From Octopus vulgaris (Eukaryota), in contig OX597814.1 of assembly GCA_951406725.2 (NCBI GenBank), positions 59,148,001-59,212,000 on the forward strand: a stretch of 64,000 nucleotides of DNA, read 5' to 3'. Shown here piece by piece: positions 53,903 through 64,000 of this stretch. Within the stretch, counting starts at the first letter, position 1. Each line of letters opens with the position of its first letter. The notes beneath the pieces were generated by a model. The model saw only the letters and a list, made by a program, of their open reading frames with translations. It made no database searches and was not told the origin of the DNA. The position numbers and the translations under genes were made by a program.

Positions 53903-54104
53903 TAAAAATTATGTCATTATAAAGAACAAAAATTTGTTTAAAAAATTTTCTAATATTCTTCAGACATATTGACGCAAATATATATATTTTTTAACATTTA
54001 AGCCTTCTGTCGTTTTTTCACTCTTTACTATTTTTTATATATTCACCCACGTGCTTTCACAAACCAACTTTCTTAATCTATATATTAAACACGTGAGACC
54101 GAAA

Positions 54105-55428
54105 ATGCCACAGAAGACCAACACCTCGGATAAAACCTTAAATGAGGACATACTCAAAGAACTGAAAAATATTAATACACAGCTTCTTAACCTGAACAAC
54201 AAAATCGAGGAATCAAACTTACTCGCCCGGGAAAATAAAAGCAATGAAGATACAACTCGCTAAACTGACCAGGTGAGTAAGGATCTACAACTGTTATACA
54301 CAACACTAAATTCAATTTTCATCAACAAATCCGAAAATAATACACACGTACTAAATGAAACACAGCAGGACATCATACGCACCCAAATTAACCCAGCAAA
54401 AAGAAAAATAGGAAACATTTGGAATACTAACCTGCACAACAGAAAACTCGCCTTCTGGAACATGATAAAAAATTCCAACAAAGCAGATATTTACGAGGGA
54501 TGGATAAACTCAACACCAATTATCCTCCCACGCAAATTCCAGATAAAATTAATTCCTAACGAGCCTGACGGACAGAGATCTATTAGGGAAAAGTCAGCTC
54601 TGTTCAATTTTAGATCAGAAATAGAGCTTCTAAGACTAAGGGCCTCCACAAATGAGGAAAAATTTAAAAGCATCGACGAGGAGATGCACAATATAATACT
54701 GAAACATACCGAGATCATTGGAAGGATACCTGTGAAAAAGAAGAGAGAAATTCTCTCCTACGCTGGGAGAAAAACATGGACTTCTTCCATGTGAAACTTT
54801 CAAAAATGAATTGGGTACAAATAATCCCTTCCTTAAGAAAATTACAATAAATAAAAAAGAAAAACCAAACAACCCACGAACAACCCCCAACTATCCTCCA
54901 TACACTAAAAACAGAAATCACCCACAACCAACCTTTGCAAACCACGCAAGACCTAACAGGGAACTAGCTGACAGAGGACGCGTCTATGAAATAAATTACA
55001 CCAAAAACAGAACACACCAACAACATCCTAATACCAGACCCAACCACCATACAGCACAAAACGACACTAGAATAAGAAATACACCACACACAAATCGCTA
55101 CTACCCCATGAACCAAAATTACTGGTCCCCAATAAACACAAGACAAACGCAAAAAAACACTATGTCAAGCAACATCCCACATACAAGCAGTTCGAAACAA
55201 AAGTATTTCCCATACAGAAATTTTACACACACCACAAACAATAACAACCATAGTTTCCCACACACACACAACGATCGGGGGCAACAATACCACCACTCCC
55301 CCGACCAAATACCACACAACCTCACAGACAACTCATACAAACAAAATTACACCCAACAGTTTTTAGCCAGGGACCAGGGACACCAGGACACAGACTGGAA
55401 CCTAGTAATAAGGAAAAACCGAAGATAA
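54105..55428 (+). pseudogene. Upstream ORF of the PLE (predicted coiled-coil N-terminus, unknown domain, N/H/T-rich tail), disrupted
   Basis: ATG 54105 followed by a long, mostly open frame; one stop (54261) and two frame changes near 54715 and 54790. Confidence 0.65.
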
Positions 55429-57200
55429 TCAATCTTTCAACCAAACCTCTTTCTAACATAAAAATTGACATCCTCTCAAAAGGGCTCAAGTTTACACCAA
55501 CTCCACGCAGAGCCAACCTAAATGAAATCAAGGATAATATAACAGAATTTTGCAGAAAATTAAGACTAGCAGAAGCATCAACCAGTTTCAATACTGAAGA
55601 TGAATCACTAGTCAAGAACAAAAGTGAACACATCCCACGCAGATGAAGAAATAAAGATCTTGACGAATTCTGTAACCACATTGAGAACTTCCCCTACCAT
55701 ACTATACATAAACAGAAAGCTAACTCAAATTTTAACACTACACAATGGAAAGAACTGATAGAACTTCAAAATGATGAGGATATAACCATTAAGGAAGCAG
55801 ACAAGGGAAATGCAGTTGTAATAATGGATACATCATACTACAGAAATCTTGTAATTTCCTTGCTTGATGACGACCTACGTTATGAAAAAATTACCAACTA
55901 CACCCCACAAAAAGTAATGAAAACTCTATCTTCACTAATTAAAACCCATGAAAAGGAACTAACAACCAAAGAGATTGACTTCCTAACAAACTTTAAATGC
56001 AAACCTAGCCTTTTCTATGGTCTGCCAAAAATTCATAAAAGTCAAATTATAAATGAAGCCATTAAAAAATCACCAAAGACATACATACACACACCTAACC
56101 CGGGGGACCTAAAACTACGACCCATTGTAGCTGGCCCAACCTGTGAAACACACAGACTAAGTCTACTTATGGACATCCTCCTGAAACCCTTCCTTAAACA
56201 TATCGATAGCCATATCAGAGATGACTTAGATATGTTAAACCACCTTCCAAAAAAAGCCAAGGAAGAAACAATCCTGGTTTCATTTGATGTAGTCAACTTG
56301 TATACCAATATACCTCATAATTATGGACTGGAGGCAATACAGTTCTGGTTAGACCAATTTCCGGAAGAAATATCAAAAAGGATCAGTAAAGAATTCATTA
56401 CTAAATCAATTGAATTCATTCTACACAATAACCACTTCATGTTTGACAATACATTTTACCGTCAAAAATCCGGAATTGCTATGGGTACAAGGGCAGCACC
56501 AGTCATTGCGAACTTAACAATGGGATACATGGAAATAATCATTTACCAGGAATCTTTATTAATCTTTGGAAATCCCCTCTCTCAATACATAAAAGAGAAC
56601 TGGAAACGATTCTTAGACGATTGTTTTATTCTCTGGAATGAAAACACAGATAAACTCCTAAAATTTAAAAACCTATTGAACAGCATAAACCCAAATATAC
56701 AGTTCACAATGGAATACAACCAAAAGGAGCTCCCGTTCTTGGATATACTAATTAAAAAAATTAACCTTAAAATAGAAACAGACATTTTCTACAAAGCCAC
56801 AGACGCCAAACAATACCTTCTCTTTAATTCATGCCACCCAAGACACACTAAAACAAACATCAAATCTAACTTTACTTGTGCCTCTGAAAACATAATTTAT
56901 GTCATAAAATGCTCGGGCTGCCACCAAGACTACGTGGGTTCCACGGGACTATCACTCAGACGTAGATGCACACTGCATCGACAACAGATTGCATTCCCAG
57001 AATATAGAATGATACCTTTTAGTGAGCACATTGAGAAATGCGCAAAGCAACTACTACCACAATTTTTAATCTTTCAATTTTACCAATGTGCTTTCGGATC
57101 ATCAACACAAATTAGACTAAACAAGGAAACATTCTTCATTGAAAAGTACAAGCCCAGACTCAACCATCCGAACATACTGATACAGAGAAATTCACATTAA
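55254..57200 (+). pseudogene. PLE reverse transcriptase plus GIY-YIG endonuclease (stop at 55644; ORF 55824-57200 still open, 458 aa)
   Basis: IINLS..L...LSKGLKFTPT, IKEADKG, FYGLPKIHK, LRPIVAG, SFDVVNLYTNIP, GIAMGT, RFLDD, LPFLDI; EN motif NIIYVIKCSGCHQDYVGST...RLNKETFFI. Confidence 0.92.
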
Positions 57201-57446
57201 GGGAAAGGAAAAAATTTTTTAAGCGATTATCTCCCTTACACCGGAAGAAATCACCCACTACCTTCCCTTATTTAGAACTCTCCGGAGCTTAAACACAAGG
57301 ATAACTCTATTAAACATAAACATAACGTCACAAGAAATTTGAAAAGCTAAATGCGAAACCGGTCTTTCTTTAAAAATTATGTCATTATAAAGGAACAAAA
57401 TTTTTTTATATATTCACCCACGTGCTTTCACAAACCAACTTTCTTA

Positions 57447-57483
<37 letters not shown>

Positions 57484-57517
57484 ATATACAAATATATATA
57501 TACATACACACACACAC

Positions 57518-57579
<62 letters not shown>

Positions 57580-57634
57580 TTGTGTGAGGCTGTTTGTGTG
57601 TATAAGAGTTAGAGAATGAAGTAGGTAAGATCCG

Positions 57635-57710
57635 GGCTACATATGTTTCATAGCGACTGAGAGGGCAGAAGTGGCAAGTGAGATGCATACCGCCGGTTTC
57701 TCTTCAGGCT
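57635..57710 (-). ncRNA. Type I hammerhead with extended stem II (left arm of an inverted repeat)
   Basis: AGC-CTGAAGA-GAAAC...GCTAT-GAAA-CATATG-TA-GCC; stem II partly mismatched. Confidence 0.65.
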
Positions 57711-58385
57711 AAGGATATTTTCATAAAATTAAAGGTCACGTTGTCGCAATGCGGTACGTGTTGACACATGGGATATCTAATCAGAATGTGTAAAGAAATA
57801 CAGCAGCAGCTATAACAACAATCGTGGTCTCTGCACAGACGAGTTCTTGATATTTTGCAATCCACGAATTGTCTTAATTACCCTGGCAGTATAATATTCA
57901 CTTGCAAACTTCGTCACCAAATCTATTCTCAAGATACAAATGATAACAAGCCCACGCCACTGTTTCCCTCTAACCTTCATAAATTTTCCCTCTTATATAC
58001 CACTATATATTAAACCAACAAATAACCGTGCTTAAACTCCTCACTCTCTCTTGCTTTCTTCCTACACACTTTCTGTCACTGCTTTGACCATACACATCTC
58101 CTTACCGTCTTCCCTCCAAATTATCCTTTCTTCAAATACCACTCCCCTTGCTACTTTCTGTGATTCAGCCTAAGCAACTACATTGTTTACTACCGGTCAA
58201 TGGACCTTACTTAAGCTCCTCCTTCTTCTCATTCATATCATTTTCCCTAATTTCAATACATATTCCTACCTACATTTAGATTCTTCTTTCATACTGTGCT
58301 CTCTATGCATTCTGATTAAGTCATCCGTGCATCAACATGTACCTCCTTGCGTCAGTGTAACCTTTAATTTTATGAAGATATCCTT

Positions 58386-58469
58386 GGCCTGAAGAGTAGC
58401 CGGCGGTATACACCTTGCTTGGATTTTTACCACTTCTGCAGTTCCGCTCGCTATGAAACATATGTTGCT
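58386..58469 (+). ncRNA. Type I hammerhead with extended stem II (right arm)
   Basis: GGC-CTGAAGA-GTAGC-CGGCGG...CCGCTC-GCTAT-GAAA-CATATG-TT-GCT. Confidence 0.7.
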
Positions 58470-60599
58470 CGAACCTTGCCTACTCTGGTCGCCTACCGTG
58501 GAATATAATAAGAACTTTTTTCAGGTTATCGTTATTCGATACGAAAAAAAAAACAACAACCTTCCGTCTCAATAAACCACTATTGTGCATGATAGTTGTT
58601 TTTGTATTTACTACTGATTTCTTGAAGCTAACTTTCTTCCTACAACTTGATCCCAGGATATTACATTTCAGTGTGCTCAATGATTTCCACAATTCGCTTC
58701 AGAGTAAAACTTTTTTCAGCAAATTATATTTGCGATGATACCTTCTCTATTCTCTAGTTTATAAATGTATGGTCTCTGAAGTTCGAACCCTCGTATTGCA
58801 AAGCGGCCATTATACAGTTGGTTCTGAGGACTTAGAGAAAAGAATTATAAACTACGTGTTAATTATGTAAACCATACACTGTTGCTTAGAACGTCGGAAA
58901 AAATATCTAGTGGCAAAACATATACGTACAGACTATTTATCATATATGAAAAGAAAACAAGTGCATATGTATATAAAGAATAAATATAACAATATAATAA
59001 AGCATTCAGTTTTACTCTAAATTTCACTAGCGTTCGTTTTACACACACACATATACACACACGCACACAAATACACACACGCACAGGACACATGCACACA
59101 TATACACACCTAGATGCATATATGCATATGTAGGAATATATATGTGTATGCGTGTATATATATATATATATGTTTATGCATATGTCTATGCACATATGTA
59201 TATATGTATATCTGTACATATATGTATATGCATATATGCACATATGTATGTGTATATGCCTGTGTCTATCTATCTATGTATGTGAGTAAGCATCTATGTT
59301 TGAATGCATGTATTTTTGTGTGCTAATGCTGCATGACTTCTGCATGACTTTTGTTTTTATTTAGGAATAAATTGGAAATACCTCAAAATAAATGAGAATT
59401 TCCCTTTTACTTATTTCTATATATTCCAAATTAAGCGTTTTTGTTTTTCTGTGTATGTATTCCTGTCTTGAGTTACTCTATATGTGTGAGAATTCAAAAT
59501 AAGTACCTTTTTAAATAATCCTGTTTATGTTTATGTGTGACTGTGCATTTGGGTATGTGCCCGTAGGTGAGCTACGCGTGAGTGCGAATTTGCGTGGGTG
59601 AGCACTTGAGCATTTGAGTTTTATATTCATGTCGCCATATAAGGTTTATGCACATGTTTGTTCGCTAATTTATTCTACTTCATGGGAAAGCATATATGTA
59701 AATTTGAAGATATGTTTGCTATAGTCACCCTCGATAGTATGTGTTGCTTTATGTGCATCTGCATACCGCAAGAATTATGCGAAGTGGTAAAAGAATATCC
59801 ATGCAAGAAATAAATTCAAATACAAATATAGATGGGAGAAATCATAATTAGTTTGTGAGAAGAATGCATTCGGAGTGATCTTCATATAATCGGATAATAG
59901 GATAAAGGAATATAGCTGCAATCTGGATGCTGAGTCGTGTGAGAAATATAGTTGTAATAAAGTTACCAGAATGTGAGAAGAACTCAAATACTATAGCGTA
60001 TAAAAATATAAACTCATGCAGTAAAATATGATTTATGGTGTACAAATGACAACAGTACTTTTCAAGAAATGTTCGAAAAGTGATCTGAAATGTTCGAAGA
60101 ATTGTATTTGAAATATGCTTCGTAAATTATGACAAATTATTTTATGATATGTTGTTTGGAAAATAATGTGTAGTTATACAATGTGAAAGAATAGATGAAA
60201 ATATATTTGGCAAAAATATGGTATTAAGATGAAATCGAAAAAATTAATCTGTATATAGAAAATGAAATGAAAATAATGCTCTTCTATCAGATCTCTCAAT
60301 ACGTTTGGACAATATTACGTGGCACTACCACTGAAAGACCTCTAAAATCATATTTTGAAATATAAGGCAACATTTAATAGACTACCGGGGATTGTTTTCA
60401 AAGTATTCGAATATTTGTGAATGTTTATCAAAATAGACTTCATAAATAAATTGGGGGAAAACGTGTAAAAAAGCATCTTAATCTTTGCGTATGTGACTAC
60501 TATGAAAGTACTATAAAGAAACTGGTTGAGAAGAAAGGGTTAAATGAAAGAGAGTAGACGAAACGATATAAAAAAGAAATAAAAACGGGCAGAGCTTGA

Positions 60600-60875
60600 A
60601 ATCAGAATATCTATAATTGATAGAATAGTATTGAGCAATATTGTAAATTGTAGCATTTCGGAAGCTGTTGTTAGTTAAGTGAACAAGAGCATAAAACAAC
60701 CAGAAAAAAATAGACTAAACAGGGAGTTCCAAATTGCAATTCCTAAATTAATGAATTTATTTAAAAACAGGTTTCTTCGGGAATGCAAATTAGTGAACGA
60801 TTGTATCTTAAAATAAGCTATGATGATGGGGGAAAAAAAAAGACCAGAAGTAGAGCCAAAAATATTCCAACACAA
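60600..60875 (-). mobile_element. Possible CR1/L2-type LINE 3' remnant
   Basis: RRNLFLNKFINLGIAIWNSL resembles the C-terminal FFxxRVxxxWNxLP motif; heavily decayed. Confidence 0.3.
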
Positions 60876-62753
60876 GTTTTTCCAATTATAATATTTCTCT
60901 TTCTATAGCATTGGAGCCATGCGTGTGCGCAAATGCATTTGTTTTTAATTTCAAGCATGTTTTGTTTTGTTTTCCTCGCTCAGTGGCATTACGTATGCGG
61001 TTCATTATTTGATGAGACAAGTCAGCAATCATTTCAGATGTTATAAAATAATACAACCGGTAGCTATCAAATTATATAAAAACAAATATAAAGGAAATAT
61101 TACTGTTATTTTGAGAAAAGCAGCTATAGCCATTTGCATTCTGAGTCCAAATCCAACAGTTGTCACCTTTGCAACTGATCTATCTTTACAGTTTCTATAA
61201 AAGTTAAACAGCGGTCAGATATTTGGCTCGATTTAATTAACTGTTTACTCGTCCCAAAATGTGCAACCTTCAGCATTGAGGGAAAAAAATGTCTTCCATA
61301 ATTAGTTCAAGAACACTTCAGTTAACCTTTAACATTCATTGAGTTGCCGCTGATTCATTATTGGGTGTTCTATTAAATAAGAAACAGCATATTACTGAGG
61401 ATGTTACGTTTGTTAAATGTAGATGAACAATTTTTTATCATTAGTTTCCTTCTTTCATTACAAAAGGAATTTTCATTGCTTCACTTTCGTCAAATGCAGT
61501 AATGTTTACGAAAGTCAATCGCTAATATTTTATGGAATGCATTCGCAACAACTGTGAGGCAATTTAACAATATATTATCAGAGTCCTTTTTTATTAGTCC
61601 AGATTTGGTCTACTTTGTCCGCTCTGACACCAAAACTCAGCATTCATTCAGCCTCCCATATCGCTTCACGGAACATGTCAGACATGCAGAGCGGCGTTCA
61701 CGGTTTCTTTGAGAGTGTACTCGAAAACTTATTGTTTGCTAGAGAGAAAGAGAGACCCTTCACTCTTAATCATCTTTGAGCTCTTATTCTATCATTGTAT
61801 TGCTACATCACGTTGTCAGGATTTGTCTCAGACAGTCATACAGCACTCTTCCGGGCATTTACTAAAAATCATCAGTTGTAATGGCAACTTGCACTCTCCA
61901 ATCAGTCACCTTCACAAGCCGTTTCACGTTTGCTAAGTGTGCCTCATCTTATTTACGAAGAAGGCTTTGCCAGTAGGGTCACAATCCCACCACGACATGT
62001 TTGACATTGTCATAAACACTGTTGCTGTTGCTGCTAATGATGATGATGATGATGATTTGTCGTTGCTTTTTGTGTTGACTCTCCTTTCATTGCAGTCGTT
62101 GTTGTTGCTACTGGTGTCGTTGATGTTTATGTTGTTATAATCGCCCTCATTTCCCTTGCTTTTATTGTTGATATTTGCTGTTATGTAAACTTGTGCTATG
62201 AGATTTTTCCGGTATCTCGTTGGATCTTGTAACGGGCACTACAGTCAATATAATCCTCTCCGTAGAACTGGAAATGAATTTAAGCTTTCAAGATTCCATA
62301 CGACATTAAAAGGGAAAAGGAAAATCCAGAAACACAGCACTATGGCAGATATAATTTACGTCAAGCACACAAATTCTATACACTCAAGCAAGACTAGTGA
62401 TCTATTGAATACTAGGGAAAAGAAAATCATTTTCAACTCTGCACACTCATTTTGTATCATATTCTCAATACAGTATAGTGTTTTTCTGTTCACTTAAAAT
62501 ACAGCAAAACTAGCAACAATTTTCGGCTGTTTACGAATCTAATATTACTGATCGGGTTTCCATTTCTGGATATATTTTCTACATCTTTGGATTTTTTTAT
62601 AACTGAAATCTTTATAATTTCGAATTGTACACAAATATGCGTCAAATATCAAGAAATATAGCCCAGAGAATTGATTCGAAATACAACGAACTGAAATATT
62701 TGCTCGGGATAATTTCGCAAACAAATGTATATACCATCTTCGAAATTATTATA

Positions 62754-63460
62754 AGCTTGCTTACCAATCACATGGTTCCGGGTTCAGTCCCACTGCGTGG
62801 CCCTTTGGGCAAGTGTCTTCTACTATAGCCTCGGGCCGACCAAACCCTTGTGAGTGGATTTGGTAGATGGAAACAGAAAGAAGCCCATCGTATATATGTA
62901 TATATACATATGTGTGGAGGTGCAATGGCCCAATGATTAGGGCAGCGGACTCGCGGTCGTAGGATCGCGGTTTCGATTCCCACACCGGGCGTTGTGTGTG
63001 TTTATTGAGCGAAAACACCTAAAGCTCCACGACGCTCCGGCAGGGAGTGGTGATCCCTGCTGTACTCTTTCACCACTCTTTCTGTCACTTTTTCGTCTGT
63101 TGGCCTGCTCGCTTAGCCAGCGGGGTGGTGTCATTCGAAGGCTAAAACAATGCGAACGCATTGTGACCAGCGATGTGTAGCAACATTTGATAGCCTGGTC
63201 GGTCACGGTGATCACGGTGATATATACATATGTATATATGTGTGTGTGTTTGTGTGTTTGTGCGTCTGTGTTTGTCCCCTCACCAGCGCTTGACAACCGA
63301 TGCTGGTATGTTTATGCCCCGTCACTTAGTGGTTCGGCAAAAGAGCCCGATATAATATGTACTAGGCTTACAAAGAATAAGTCTTGGGGTCGATTTGGTC
63401 GATTAAAGGCGGTGCTCCAGCATGGCTGCAGTCACATGATTGAAACAAGTAAAAGAGTAA
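62754..63460 (+). mobile_element. SINE family A interrupted by a SINE C insertion
   Basis: Head 62754-62890 and tail 63240-63460 flank SINE C. Confidence 0.9.
62916..63220 (+). mobile_element. SINE family C (RTE-type tail) nested in the internal microsatellite of SINE A
   Basis: Matches 40357-40666; flanked by similar TATATACATATG sequence. Confidence 0.9.
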
Positions 63461-64000
63461 TGCAGTCAAATACCGGGTAATTGATTTTACGGGTGTCACT
63501 TTCCGAATGAGGATGTTTGCTATTATACAGGTCTTCAATACGATTTATTAACGAACACTCGAAGGTGGGCTACTATGTTCATTCCTAAATATATGACATC
63601 ACAGCATTGTTTTTGCTCCAACATTTCTAATCTGTCTGTTTGGAAAATCTTTCCCAAGGGCCTATAAATACACACTTCTCTTCAGTGACGTTTATTTAGA
63701 AAATTAGCAATGTTCATTTGTTTATAAAAATGTTCAATTACTACATTGTTCCTTGACGTCATGGAACGTGCTGTGTCTCCGTTTCTCCGTTTATTTTCTA
63801 CTCAGCAATCATGATTACTACAGATATAACCCTGCAATTATCACATCTACATCCACTCTCCGATCTCTCTTAATCTCAGTCTCACTCTCTCTCTCTCTCA
63901 CTCTCACTCCCTCTCTCTCTTATCCTCACACATTTTCTCTCAATTATATATATATGTGTACATATATGCATATGAATAAGCAAATACACACGTATGCACA

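Larger units (their letters stand above)
53498..57450 (+). mobile_element. Penelope-like retroelement with pseudo-LTRs, inserted in (TA)n
   Basis: Direct repeats 53498-54075 and 56966-57446 contain the GIY-YIG 3' end plus 3' UTR; RT-EN ORF lies between; (TA)n on both sides. Confidence 0.95.

Overview
AT-rich eukaryotic (animal) non-genic DNA. It is dominated by (TA)n/(CA)n/(GA)n and triplet microsatellites plus a dense set of transposable elements. The SINE families and TTAGGG repeat suggest a cephalopod, probably Octopus; this is inferred from remembered repeat families, not from a search. No host protein-coding exon could be supported, and nearly all ORFs in the track are microsatellite translations. 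Recognisable elements: a Penelope-like element (PLE) with RT plus GIY-YIG endonuclease, pseudo-LTRs and an upstream ORF (53498-57450); two copies of a DD36E Tc1-type transposon; a mariner; Tc1, hAT and RTE-LINE remnants; three non-autonomous Helitrons; two related GGATC-terminated MITEs with 8-bp TSDs, one carrying telomeric repeats; and four tRNA-derived SINE families. The main unannotated signal is a set of type I hammerhead ribozyme (HHR) motifs in short non-coding cassettes lying in or next to (TA)n tracts, often as inverted pairs. They include a perfect 132-bp palindrome encoding a complete HHR on both strands (24104-24235), HHRs with unusually long stem II inserts (about 20170-21120 and 57620-58485), and a minimal-HHR family with shared core variants. 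Together these point to a non-autonomous, ribozyme-bearing, microsatellite-targeting retroelement system, probably mobilised by PLEs. All folds were done by eye and need computational and biochemical confirmation.
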